Both the position numbers and the translations under genes were made by a program. A DNA stretch of 64,000 bases, taken from a virus (taxonomy: Duplodnaviria > Caudoviricetes). Location of the stretch: positions 5,251 through 69,250 of the IMG/VR virus record IMGVR_UViG_3300030433_002548; one strand, 5' to 3'. Positions 19,342 through 27,483 of the stretch are shown here, piece by piece. Positions within the stretch are counted from its first letter, which is position 1; every line of letters begins with the position of its first letter. The notes under the pieces are model-generated. The model searched no databases. It was given only the letters and a program-made list of their open reading frames with translations, and had not been told where the DNA came from.

Positions 19342-19363
19342 GTGCCACTACCTCAACTGGCAC
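19342..19363 (-). promoter_or_regulatory. Early promoter two-box motif GTGCCAGT-N6-AGTGGCAC
   Basis: Copy 4, near-perfect inverted repeat. Confidence 0.75.
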
Positions 19364-20234
19364 AGTGGAATCGACTATTGTTGAAGTTTGCATGAGAGAA
19401 TCCTGCTCGGTCAACTAATTTGAACATACCATAATCATTCACGCGAACATAACCCTCACCATCACAAATGTCATCGCCAATGAAACTCAGCGGACCATCA
19501 TCACGGCACAAGAATAACATATCATCCTTGATTGACTTGACAAGTTTCCACAATCGAATCAAGTTTGGGTCACAGTCAAAATCATTGTCATTCACGGAAA
19601 CATTGTTTCGGATGCAATGATTGATGTTTTTCTTCAATCGGGCAGCATGATTGTCATTCACGAAGTCTACCAACGTAGACATCTGCCGTGCGAAAGCAAC
19701 AATCTCATAGAAATCTTCATCAAGTTGCTCACAGTTTGGTTTCACGAACTTGACCCTGGATGTATCATCAGGGCAGTCAATCATCGGAGATGCAATAGCA
19801 TCGCGCAGGTCATGCTCAGCAACATAAACTGTGTGAGGTGCGATGATTATATCCTGTTCAATAATCTCCCCAAAGCGGTAAGTAATCGTATTGGGGCAGT
19901 AAGTGTCATCACCACCAAACCCAATAAAATCACCTTGAGCAATCCAATCGATGCGAGGAAGTGCATCGAAGCAGCGATGCAAAATATCAGCGACGTTGCC
20001 AGTGTGATTAAGATCAATCTCTTGATGGGAATGATTGATCTTGATTTTCTTTTTGTTGAAGACACTTTTTGTACCTACAAAGAATGTACCAGTGGCAGGA
20101 TCTGTGCCCCACACAATAGCAGGAGCACCATCAATCTTGACCGAAAGATGTGATTCAGCAAGGAACCAATCCAATACAGAAAGATCACCCGTCAGGATAG
20201 AATCTTCGGGATGTTCGATGTGTGTGTTTTTCAT
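19353..20234 (-). CDS. Conserved phage protein with ligase-type nucleotidyltransferase motifs (DUF6267-like)
   Basis: Start MKNTHIEHPED at 20234; SVKIDG (KxDG), QGDFIG, EGYV, FKLV. Confidence 0.75.
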   Translation of the reverse strand: MKNTHIEHPEDSILTGDLSVLDWFLAESHLSVKIDGAPAIVWGTDPATGTFFVGTKSVFNKKKIKINHSHQEIDLNHTGNVADILHRCFDALPRIDWIAQGDFIGFGGDDTYCPNTITYRFGEIIEQDIIIAPHTVYVAEHDLRDAIASPMIDCPDDTSRVKFVKPNCEQLDEDFYEIVAFARQMSTLVDFVNDNHAARLKKNINHCIRNNVSVNDNDFDCDPNLIRLWKLVKSIKDDMLFLCRDDGPLSFIGDDICDGEGYVRVNDYGMFKLVDRAGFSHANFNNSRFHCAS

Positions 20235-20250
20235 GATTACATCATTGCAT

Positions 20251-20297
20251 AAAAAAGAGGGGTTTTCAACCCCTCTTGTGCCACTTCTCAAACTGGA
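20251..20297 (-). promoter_or_regulatory. Early promoter (two-box motif 20278-20297, TTGAAA-N17-AATGAT) overlapping a terminator hairpin AAGAGGGG-ttgaaaa-CCCCTCTT-TTTT
   Basis: Copy 5; read directly. Confidence 0.75.
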
Positions 20298-20729
20298 TCA
20301 GCAGGCAAGTGCTCCACTAGGAATCTCAACAATTTCAGGGTCATTATCATTGAACTCGTTCATATCGTAGCAGACCCATCCTGCACTGGTGAAAACATAA
20401 GAGTATTCTTCACCATTAGACAGAAAATCATTCATGCTATTGTCATAACGAGGAGGGCAATCTTCACCGCGCTGAGAGTAATACTGAGCACCATATTCTG
20501 CGGTCTCTTCTGTCATTTGACCACCATGCTCATTAACACCACCCCAACGCTCATTTGTCCAGCAAGATGACATGTCGCCGCCATCAATCAGTTCAGCAAC
20601 TTTATCGCGGGAAGTGTAATGTGTGTTCAGGATGCGACCCAACCACTGCGGATAACCATCCCAGTGATGATAAGCAGACAGAATAGATCCGTCTTTGAGT
20701 TCAATGCCGATGCGGGAACGAGTTGCCAT
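20298..20729 (-). CDS. Conserved hypothetical protein (MATRSRIG...YHHWDGYPQWLG)
   Basis: 143 aa; recognisable YxHxDGYP family motif. Confidence 0.8.
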   Translation of the reverse strand: MATRSRIGIELKDGSILSAYHHWDGYPQWLGRILNTHYTSRDKVAELIDGGDMSSCWTNERWGGVNEHGGQMTEETAEYGAQYYSQRGEDCPPRYDNSMNDFLSNGEEYSYVFTSAGWVCYDMNEFNDNDPEIVEIPSGALAC

Positions 20730-20861
20730 AATGAGAGAAAATGTGTGAGAGGCGGGGATCAGTTTGTCGATCCCACTTATTGTTGTGCCTCTCGGTGTGT
20801 TGTGTCGGGTCTCCCCTCCACTTCTTTAATATACATGGGATTGGGATTCTGTGGTCAAATG

Positions 20862-20885
20862 GTGGACACTTTGACCAACTGGCAC
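20862..20885 (-). promoter_or_regulatory. Early promoter two-box motif GTGCCAGT-N7-AGTGTCCAC, then TTGACC ... TATATT
   Basis: Copy 6. Confidence 0.75.
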
Positions 20886-20886
20886 A

Positions 20887-22089
20887 CTAGCGGCGAATCT
20901 CACTAATAGCGGGTTCACCTTTGTTGAAGACAACATCAACAACTGCTTGAACTTTGCGGGCGGTGCTGATACCAACTGTGTCGTAGGTAGGAATACAAAC
21001 CAACCCAAATGTTTTCTCAGTGCTACCCAAACGAATCACACGACCAATAGATTGACTGATGCCAATGTAGTCCATATTTCGCATGAAGATAACTGCTTCG
21101 AGTCCGCTAACGTTGATACCTTCAGACAGAATAGAGTGGTGAATAACTACAAATTTCTTGTTAGAATCCTTGCCCCAGGTGTTCAGTGTGTTGAAGAACT
21201 CTTCGCGATTGACTTTCTTACCGTCAATGATTGCACCAGTCTTAGATGTGATTGTCATCCAAGAATATCCGCGCTGTGCAAGTTGCATACAGAAGTCAGA
21301 CTGAGAAATAAGACCAATAATCTGCTTAGTTGTGCGAGCACAAATCAGAGTCTTGTCGATATTGTTGTCATCAATCGTCTCCAGCAGATTGTCACAATCC
21401 TCTGCATACATGACCTTGCGACCCTTGATAATATCAAGTTTCTTGACCACAACTTTAGGAGGGAGAATGTAACCACCCTCAACCAACTCGGGAGCAGGAA
21501 TGTTGGCAAGAACTTGACCATAAACAGACCAATTCATGCCTGGTTTCTTAGGCGTCAGGGAATGTTTAGGAGTTGCAGTATAGAAATAGCAGCGATCTGC
21601 GTTCTCTGCAAAGTATTCAGTGGCAGGGAAGAAGTTCTTCTTTACGGAATTATGTGCTTCGTCAAAGTAGATATTGTTGACCTCAATATCTGCCTCCATG
21701 ATACGATGCAGAGAATTGTAGGTGGTAAAGATAATACAGTTCTCACCCATATTGCGGGCACAGTTTGCAAACACATTGATTTTGTCAGCATTTGTGGTGC
21801 TGGTAAAGTGTGTTTCACCACTGTGAACATGCATCACATGCAGATAAGGATCGCTGTTGTTAGGATCAATCACCTCCATAAATTCGCTGCACAGTTGTTC
21901 TGCCAGCAAAATGCGGGGAGCAACAACAACCGTGGTAGTGCCATTGTTGATAACATCATGACGGCGCTGAGTATCAACAATCATGGTCAACGTTTTACCA
22001 CCACCAGTAGGCACAATAATCTGACCTTTGTTGTATGCAAGCATACGATCAAGGATGCGCTGTTGATGAGGGCGAAGAGTAATGGTCAA
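20887..22089 (-). CDS. SF2 (DEAD/DEAH-like, ResIII-type) helicase
   Basis: VPTGGGKT (I), FDEAH (II), TATP (III), LSEGIN (V), QSIGRVIR (VI). Start placed at TTG 22089 because the track start (22122) lies upstream of the promoter -10 (22111-22116). Confidence 0.85.
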   Translation of the reverse strand: MTITLRPHQQRILDRMLAYNKGQIIVPTGGGKTLTMIVDTQRRHDVINNGTTTVVVAPRILLAEQLCSEFMEVIDPNNSDPYLHVMHVHSGETHFTSTTNADKINVFANCARNMGENCIIFTTYNSLHRIMEADIEVNNIYFDEAHNSVKKNFFPATEYFAENADRCYFYTATPKHSLTPKKPGMNWSVYGQVLANIPAPELVEGGYILPPKVVVKKLDIIKGRKVMYAEDCDNLLETIDDNNIDKTLICARTTKQIIGLISQSDFCMQLAQRGYSWMTITSKTGAIIDGKKVNREEFFNTLNTWGKDSNKKFVVIHHSILSEGINVSGLEAVIFMRNMDYIGISQSIGRVIRLGSTEKTFGLVCIPTYDTVGISTARKVQAVVDVVFNKGEPAISEIRR

Positions 22090-22146
22090 TGCTGTTCCGT
22101 CGATGTAGATAATATAAAGCACAGAGACACCCCTGAGAGCGCCTCT

Positions 22147-22166
22147 GTGCCACTTGTTTAACTGTC
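22147..22166 (-). promoter_or_regulatory. Early promoter two-box motif GACAGT-N6-AGTGGCAC, hairpin GCACAGAG/CTCTGTGC, -10 TATATT
   Basis: Copy 7. Confidence 0.7.
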
Positions 22167-22394
22167 TTGGTCTTCCTGTGTCTCTTTCTTAACAGAAACT
22201 TTCGGACCTTTCTGCACTCGGTCTAGTTCATAAAACCATGCAACTCGTTCCTTTCGTGCTTGCAACAGCATGTCATATTGTTCCTGCTGTTCTTTAGTGA
22301 AGCGGAAATCTTGCTCTCGCCATTGTTGGCGAAGTTCCTGCATGTGAGGCAGGACATTAACAGTATCGGTAGGAAAGTTCATTTCAGTAGTCAA
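22158..22394 (-). CDS. Hypothetical protein (78 aa)
   Basis: Co-oriented ORF, ...FRFTKEQQEQYDMLLQARKERV... Confidence 0.7.
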   Translation of the reverse strand: MTTEMNFPTDTVNVLPHMQELRQQWREQDFRFTKEQQEQYDMLLQARKERVAWFYELDRVQKGPKVSVKKETQEDQDS

Positions 22395-22527
22395 TGTTGG
22401 AGTTCAGATAGTCGTTTACGTTGAACTTTTCTTCTTCAATAAGATCAGAGAGGTCTTCACTTACATAGTCAAAGTTTACAAGTTCTTCGACTTGTTGTTC
22501 GCTCAAATAAGAATCCATCGATGTCAT
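22384..22527 (-). CDS. Small acidic protein, 47 aa (MTSMDSYLSEQQVEELVNFDY...)
   Basis: Hand-translated; first gene after promoter copy 8. Confidence 0.65.
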   Translation of the reverse strand: MTSMDSYLSEQQVEELVNFDYVSEDLSDLIEEEKFNVNDYLNSNIDY

Positions 22528-22576
22528 TTGTTTGACTGTTTTAATATACAGGAATCAGGGGTGAGTGGTCAAGTTA

Positions 22577-22600
22577 GTAGACACTTTAGTGAACTGGCAC
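22577..22600 (-). promoter_or_regulatory. Early promoter two-box motif GTGCCAGT-N7-AGTGTCTAC, then TTGACC-N18-TATATT
   Basis: Copy 8. Confidence 0.75.
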
Positions 22601-23095
22601 ATAGAGTGTGCCATATTTACCAAAGTTACTCTTAAATCGGTCAAGATCCTTGCCAAGATATACAATAGCAGACTGAAATGGTGCTGCACCTTTACCTTCA
22701 CCAAACTTTAATCGTTTGTTGACAGCAATCCATGGATATTTGGTGATTGCTCTCCACCATTTGGTAGAAACATCCAGTTTGATGAGAAGAACCATTTCTG
22801 TTGCATTTCCAGATTCATACTGGAGTGCAGCATAAGGAACCCAAGTTTTAGAATCAGAATAAGGGTGATTCATAAAAACCTTACCGCACCATGGATGTGC
22901 TAAACCGTTGGTTTCTTCAGTATAAAGAACCTTGGCAGGTACATTCGGATTGTTGACATCATTACAGCATGGGTCAGTGTCAATCTCCCCGTCGAAGAAC
23001 TTGATAACATCTCCAACAAATTCAACAGGAGTATTCCAACAATCAGTACGATTGCCTGTGGTTGCTGTTAGTGCCTTGAGTGCAGTTGATGTCAT
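22586..23095 (-). CDS. Phage DNA N6-adenine methyltransferase (T1/HP1 Dam-like)
   Basis: 169 aa; DCWNTP, DTDPCC and VFMNHPY (variant of NPPY motif IV), plus the GAAPFQSAIVY-type tail. Confidence 0.8.
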   Translation of the reverse strand: MTSTALKALTATTGNRTDCWNTPVEFVGDVIKFFDGEIDTDPCCNDVNNPNVPAKVLYTEETNGLAHPWCGKVFMNHPYSDSKTWVPYAALQYESGNATEMVLLIKLDVSTKWWRAITKYPWIAVNKRLKFGEGKGAAPFQSAIVYLGKDLDRFKSNFGKYGTLYVPVH

Positions 23096-23097
23096 GA

Positions 23098-24096
23098 TCA
23101 GTTCAGTTTAGTTGGGTCTGCGAGTCCTACTCCTTTCAGCAAATCTTCACCAATAGCAGCACACTCACATTCAATGTTGTTTTTAGCAACATCACCATTA
23201 TAGTCAGCAACAATCTTTCTCGCAATCAAAATGTCAGATGCACCTCTAGTATTTTTTGTCCAAACAGACTTTGAAATCTTGCAAAAGTTGTTAGATAAGT
23301 ACCATTTGAGTCCAGTTCCTTTTTTTGCATCACCAACAGCATCTAGCAGAGTTTGAATTGCAGCAAGACCACCGATCATGCTCCCATCCATGGTATCAAG
23401 ATTCCACTTTTTGTAGACTGGTTTAAGAAAGTCTACTGCTTTTTTTGTTGGAACAATTTTCCACTTTTTAATGGACTCATCTGCCTTTGCCCAACCACTG
23501 ACTTCTACACCTTCATCATATCCAATCCCCTCAGATTGAATACCAATGGTAATCCAGTTCTCCTCAAATTCTTTTGCCCAATCATCACCATAGGAAAGTC
23601 CTGCTCGAACTTTATCAAGTGTGCTGGTGTTTTTGCGAGAGGTGTTATACTTTTCAAAAAGTTTTGCTTCCTCTTCAATGCACTGCTGTAGAGTGCTATT
23701 AGGATCATGAACAATTACCTGACAAGGAACATCCAATTCTTCTCCTGAAAGAATTGCCATGATTGCCTTATGTTGCCCGTCGATGATAACAAAAGTTCCA
23801 TCTGGTCGCAGTGCAACAACAAGAGTCTGGCAAAGAATATAATCGAATTGCTTTGCTTTTTTAAGCGTGTTGAGACAAATGTAGCGTTGATAGTCCCTAC
23901 TAACTTTCAGTTTACTTGCACGAATAAATGCAAAGTATATTTGTTTTTTGACTTTTGTATCGTCAATGGGATGCACATAGATAGTGTCTTTATGTGCTGC
24001 TCCCTTCAAAAATTTGACTGTGCTAATTTTATTTTTTGGATCGTCAATGATTTCCTGAAGTGTCAGGAGACGTGGATCTTCTAAGTAGTTTTTCAT
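23098..24096 (-). CDS. ParB/Srx-superfamily protein with DGQH motif (DndB/DUF6551-like)
   Basis: 332 aa; VSRDYQR ... FVIIDGQHKAIMA. Confidence 0.7.
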   Translation of the reverse strand: MKNYLEDPRLLTLQEIIDDPKNKISTVKFLKGAAHKDTIYVHPIDDTKVKKQIYFAFIRASKLKVSRDYQRYICLNTLKKAKQFDYILCQTLVVALRPDGTFVIIDGQHKAIMAILSGEELDVPCQVIVHDPNSTLQQCIEEEAKLFEKYNTSRKNTSTLDKVRAGLSYGDDWAKEFEENWITIGIQSEGIGYDEGVEVSGWAKADESIKKWKIVPTKKAVDFLKPVYKKWNLDTMDGSMIGGLAAIQTLLDAVGDAKKGTGLKWYLSNNFCKISKSVWTKNTRGASDILIARKIVADYNGDVAKNNIECECAAIGEDLLKGVGLADPTKLN

Positions 24097-24188
24097 TTTA
24101 ACCTTAAATGGAGGAAAATAAGAGTAGAGTTTAAGGTCATCCTCTGAGTTGGACCATGTTTATATATTAAACTATTTTCAGTTAATTG

Positions 24189-24788
24189 TCAACTAACAAT
24201 TTTATTTCCGAAGTTACCCAGGAGATAAAATGCCATTGCTTTGTTTTTCAACTCAACGCCATTGAAGGTGAGAGGAGTATAAGTTCCGTCCGATTTCTTG
24301 CTTGCTTTTGTACGAATTTGCAGCAGATTGTTGGGACCGGTGATAGTATGCAGTTCAGTTCCAGTAGAATATGCTGCCTTAATTTGTGCAGAGATGTAAC
24401 CATAATCCTCTGCAAGTTCAAGATAGTGCTCAGGAGAATTTTGCTCGCTGATTGTCTTGGACTTCAGAAAGTTTCCTTCGCGGTCAAAACCAACATAAAT
24501 GGTTTGTTTCAGTTTTTCGTAAACTTTGCTATCTTCAAACTCGACGGAGTCGTTGATGATTTCCGACAAGCAGTGACGCAACATTGTGACAGCGATAGAC
24601 TCTCCTTTAGTAAAAGTTTTGAGTTCGCCGTCAATCAAATCAATCAATTCAGAACTATTTTTGATACCGAGAGCGATTTCCAAGAATTGACCGCGACCAC
24701 CTTTGTTTGTGGTGGGTTTGTCAATATAGGACATGTCTGTGGTATTAAGTTTTGCTTCAGTTTGAAGAACGGAAAGTTTGTCGGACAT
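24189..24788 (-). CDS. MutH/Sau3AI-like PD-(D/E)xK endonuclease
   Basis: 199 aa; NKGGRGQFLEIALG...IDLIDGELKT and LLQIRTKA resemble MutH/Sau3AI conserved segments. Confidence 0.7.
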   Translation of the reverse strand: MSDKLSVLQTEAKLNTTDMSYIDKPTTNKGGRGQFLEIALGIKNSSELIDLIDGELKTFTKGESIAVTMLRHCLSEIINDSVEFEDSKVYEKLKQTIYVGFDREGNFLKSKTISEQNSPEHYLELAEDYGYISAQIKAAYSTGTELHTITGPNNLLQIRTKASKKSDGTYTPLTFNGVELKNKAMAFYLLGNFGNKIVS

Positions 24789-24843
24789 TGATCGGGTGTC
24801 TTTGACCCTTTTAATATACAGGAATCAGATTGCAGTGGTTGAG

Positions 24844-24990
24844 TCAGTGGACAGTAATCTGAGTGTCCACCGCATCTAGATTTTTCTTTACATGTTGCTC
24901 CCAGAATACAGCATCTTCAATTCTATAGAATGTTGCTGTGTGCTTTGCAAACCCTTTCTTCTTCGGTTTTTGGTAAATCACTCGGTACAT
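24844..24990 (-). CDS. Small basic protein, 48 aa (MYRVIYQKPKKKGFAKHTATFYRIEDAVFWEQHV...)
   Basis: Hand-translated; overlaps the 3' end of 24923..25153 in another frame. Confidence 0.6.
   Translation of the reverse strand: MYRVIYQKPKKKGFAKHTATFYRIEDAVFWEQHVKKNLDAVDTQITVH
24847..24870 (-). promoter_or_regulatory. Early promoter two-box motif GTGGACACT-N6-ACTGTCCAC driving the nuclease cassette
   Basis: Copy 9, almost perfect palindrome; followed by ctgattcctgTATATT as in copy 8. Confidence 0.75.
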
Positions 24991-25153
24991 CATTCCAGTG
25001 CCTTAATACTCCAGATACAATAAAAGCGTTAGTGACCATGTAACTAACAAATATAATGGTGCGTATGCCAGCAACATAATTATCGTAAGGTTCTGTTTTG
25101 TCATCACTGAAACTTCCGATGGCATACTTCCATATTTTCCATAACTTATTCAC
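24923..25153 (-). CDS. Small membrane protein (MNKLWKIWKYAIGSFSDDKT...)
   Basis: 76 aa with one hydrophobic segment. Confidence 0.7.
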   Translation of the reverse strand: MNKLWKIWKYAIGSFSDDKTEPYDNYVAGIRTIIFVSYMVTNAFIVSGVLRHWNDVPSDLPKTEEERVCKAHSNIL

Positions 25154-25416
25154 GGATCCTTGTGTCTGTACTGCTGTGATTTGTATTCATCAACATTGTT
25201 TTCTCGCCTATTTTTAACATACTCAAGTTCATGCCATTGAAAGACAGGACATACTAATAAGATGTGATTCTTTTTGTGGAATGATGCACCATGTTCATGG
25301 CACACTTTGTCCTTCACACCTAACTCAATACTGATGGATTGGTCACACTTAAAATACACCCATCCCTCATGATCTTTCCACTTTACATAATCATCAACTT
25401 GAGGAATATAACGCAT
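25150..25416 (-). CDS. Hypothetical protein (MRYIPQVDDYVKWKDHEGWVYF...)
   Basis: Track ORF with the start adjusted. Confidence 0.7.
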   Translation of the reverse strand: MRYIPQVDDYVKWKDHEGWVYFKCDQSISIELGVKDKVCHEHGASFHKKNHILLVCPVFQWHELEYVKNRRENNVDEYKSQQYRHKDP

Positions 25417-25687
25417 GTTCGAGTGGGTTGAGATTGAGTTGCATTGCAGTGAAGTCACGGGTGTCATTGATGTCTACTACTTTGCCTGGGCGTTTGTGAT
25501 TGATGGGTGCAATGTAACACTCTTTTTTTGTGTCATAGAATCCCCATATCGTATAAACAGGATCGGAAGTGTAAGAGAAATTAGCATGATGCTGTAACCA
25601 AATAGAAACAACGTTGCGCTTAAAATTTCTGACTTCGTAACTGTATCCCGTAGGTGCTTTGTGAGGAAATCCATCAGGTAGATTCAT
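25394..25687 (-). CDS. Conserved cyanophage hypothetical protein (MNLPDGFPHKAPTGYSYEV...)
   Basis: 97-aa co-oriented ORF. Confidence 0.75.
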   Translation of the reverse strand: MNLPDGFPHKAPTGYSYEVRNFKRNVVSIWLQHHANFSYTSDPVYTIWGFYDTKKECYIAPINHKRPGKVVDINDTRDFTAMQLNLNPLEHALYSSS

Positions 25688-25848
25688 TGCTCTCGGACAA
25701 CACGAAGACGATTGGGTGGATAACCTTGATCCATGTAATATGTCAGGCGTTCTTTTGCCTGTTCTTTAGTCAGTTTAACATCAGATTGTGGATCAATCAA
25801 GTTCCAACCTGTTGTTTCATTCTCTTCGATGCGATAAAGAATATCCAT
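25684..25848 (-). CDS. Hypothetical protein, 54 aa (MDILYRIEENETTGW...)
   Basis: Hand-translated; coupled overlaps at both ends. Confidence 0.7.
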   Translation of the reverse strand: MDILYRIEENETTGWNLIDPQSDVKLTKEQAKERLTYYMDQGYPPNRLRVVREQ

Positions 25849-26000
25849 CAGGCAAACTCCGCGAGGTAGTAATCAACAGTGACCTCAAGCTTTGCTGCCT
25901 CTCGTTCACATTCACGGATGAACTCATCAATCAAAGTATCAACACCATCGTTGCGATTACGTCCATCATAGGAGTAATACTTTTTGTTTTTGTGTTCCAT
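25848..26000 (-). CDS. Hypothetical protein, 50 aa (MEHKNKKYY...AAKLEVTVDYYLAEFA)
   Basis: Hand-translated; GGAGG RBS; follows promoter copy 10. Confidence 0.75.
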   Translation of the reverse strand: MEHKNKKYYSYDGRNRNDGVDTLIDEFIRECEREAAKLEVTVDYYLAEFA

Positions 26001-26055
26001 GTGCCTCCTTTGACCTTACTAATATACATGAAAAAGGGGTGGATGACCACCCCCT

Positions 26056-26076
26056 GTGCTAGTTATCGATCTGTCA
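26056..26076 (-). promoter_or_regulatory. Early promoter two-box motif (degenerate) with AGGGG..TGG/CCACCCCT hairpin and -10 TATATT
   Basis: Copy 10. Confidence 0.65.
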
Positions 26077-26233
26077 TAGTGTAAAATGCTCGGTCGGTCA
26101 GAGCATTAAGAACAAGAGAAAGATCCTTCATAAGATGATTCATTTCATACTGATGAATCTGCCAACGGATCTTAATATCTTCCCAATGATCTGCTGCGGA
26201 CAGAAGAACCTCGGGACGATTGGTGTCGGTCAT
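26063..26233 (-). CDS. Hypothetical protein (MTDTNRPEVLLSAADHWE...)
   Basis: Track ORF with the start adjusted. Confidence 0.6.
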   Translation of the reverse strand: MTDTNRPEVLLSAADHWEDIKIRWQIHQYEMNHLMKDLSLVLNALTDRAFYTMTDR

Positions 26234-26267
26234 AGAGACTTGGTTGACTACTCTTCTAATATGGCAC

Positions 26268-26314
26268 AAAAAAAGACCCCTTCAAGGGGTCTTGTGACAC
26301 TTATTCTTGTGTCC
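26268..26314 (-). promoter_or_regulatory. Early promoter two-box motif (26294-26314) overlapping a terminator hairpin AAGACCCC-ttga-aGGGGTCTT-T-tract
   Basis: Copy 11. Confidence 0.7.
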
Positions 26315-26450
26315 TTGCCTTTTGGACAAGGTATTCAGCAAATTCTTCCATTTTATCTGGATGAATTGACCGAATATCTGCCTGCTCTACCGCAATTTTC
26401 ATTGACTCAATATGTTCATGTTTAAGTTTTTTGTCTTTAGGTAGAGTCAT
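26301..26450 (-). CDS. Hypothetical protein, 49 aa (MTLPKDKKLKHEHIESMK...)
   Basis: Hand-translated. Confidence 0.65.
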   Translation of the reverse strand: MTLPKDKKLKHEHIESMKIAVEQADIRSIHPDKMEEFAEYLVQKARTQE

Positions 26451-26507
26451 GGGCAATCTCCTGAATGTATTGACATCCTAACACGGATGCTCACATTATC
26501 TATGGAT

Positions 26508-26669
26508 TTAATCTTTTCTTTGGGATTGTGTAATAGGAGTTAATGGTTCGATTTGATCCATTTCTTTCCACACTTTCTCAAAGTCAGTGCTATACCATGT
26601 TCCAAACTTTTCAGGGGAATACCAAAAGTCTTCCCAATCATGTTGTGTTGCTTCACTGATGTTAGACAT
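26508..26669 (-). CDS. Hypothetical Trp-rich acidic protein, 53 aa (MSNISEATQHDWEDFW...)
   Basis: Hand-translated. Confidence 0.6.
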   Translation of the reverse strand: MSNISEATQHDWEDFWYSPEKFGTWYSTDFEKVWKEMDQIEPLTPITQSQRKD

Positions 26670-26802
26670 CTTGTGTCTCCTGTTTTCTTTTTTTGATTGC
26701 CTTTTTCATCATCTTAGCATAAGAGACTTCTTCTGGAGTGTACCAGTCAGGGTGTTTCTTTGCACGTTTGATGATTTGTTTGCAAACTTTTTTATCCTCC
26801 AT
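26662..26802 (-). CDS. Small basic protein, 46 aa (MEDKKVCKQIIKRAKKHPDWYTPEEV...)
   Basis: Hand-translated; ATAAATA at 26827-26833 upstream. Confidence 0.65.
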   Translation of the reverse strand: MEDKKVCKQIIKRAKKHPDWYTPEEVSYAKMMKKAIKKRKQETQDV

Positions 26803-26829
26803 GTTACACACGTTGACAGTATGTAATAT

Positions 26830-27060
26830 TTATTGGGGGACTTCTTCTTTTTCTTTCTTGTTAAATCCAAAAGGTCCTACATTGCCTTGATCAAATGCAC
26901 GACGTTTTTGTGCCATGTTACAGACAGTTTCCATCACTTTGATAGTGTCTTCAACTGTACAGTTCTCTGGCATATTACGATGCACGATGTCAAACAACGG
27001 GAAGAACTCTTTCGCAGCATTATTCACCTCTTCAGGTGTCAATGGTTCATACTCTTTCAT
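26830..27060 (-). CDS. Hypothetical protein (76 aa)
   Basis: Track ORF, co-oriented. Confidence 0.7.
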   Translation of the reverse strand: MKEYEPLTPEEVNNAAKEFFPLFDIVHRNMPENCTVEDTIKVMETVCNMAQKRRAFDQGNVGPFGFNKKEKEEVPQ

Positions 27061-27214
27061 TTGGTTTCTTTAGTTCAGGATGTGGTGCATAGAGTGGTCC
27101 TTCATAGTTACCAGCAAACTCAGGTTTATGGAGTTTACTGATAGCTTCTGCTGCTTCAGGAGTTTCATCCCACTCCCAAGTATCACCTTTGGTTGATACA
27201 AACTGTCTTTTCAT
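27047..27214 (-). CDS. Hypothetical protein, 55 aa (MKRQFVSTKGDTWEWDE...)
   Basis: Hand-translated; ATGA overlap with the upstream gene. Confidence 0.6.
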   Translation of the reverse strand: MKRQFVSTKGDTWEWDETPEAAEAISKLHKPEFAGNYEGPLYAPHPELKKPNERV

Positions 27215-27483
27215 AGTTTACCTCCTACAAATGCATCACCGACAATCCATGAGTATTGATCAAGTGTGCCATCTTGTTCACACTTAAGATGCCAACGTGT
27301 CATCGTAACAACAGCATCTTTTGTGCCACCTGTCAACATTTTTCTACCTTCTTGTGTCATTGTAGACCACAGACCATAACGTGTTGTCCAAACATAGAAT
27401 GTTTCATCAATCAACTCTGCATTTTCGGGTAATTCTAAAACTGCTTCCAGTTTTTTGATGTTGTCAGCGTTTGCTTCGCTCAT
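27211..27483 (-). CDS. Hypothetical protein (90 aa)
   Basis: Track ORF, ...FYVWTTRYGLWSTMT... Confidence 0.7.
   Translation of the reverse strand: MSEANADNIKKLEAVLELPENAELIDETFYVWTTRYGLWSTMTQEGRKMLTGGTKDAVVTMTRWHLKCEQDGTLDQYSWIVGDAFVGGKL

Noticed and set aside
20947-22161. 404-aa plus-strand ORF
   Set aside because: Antisense shadow of the helicase gene with no recognisable motifs
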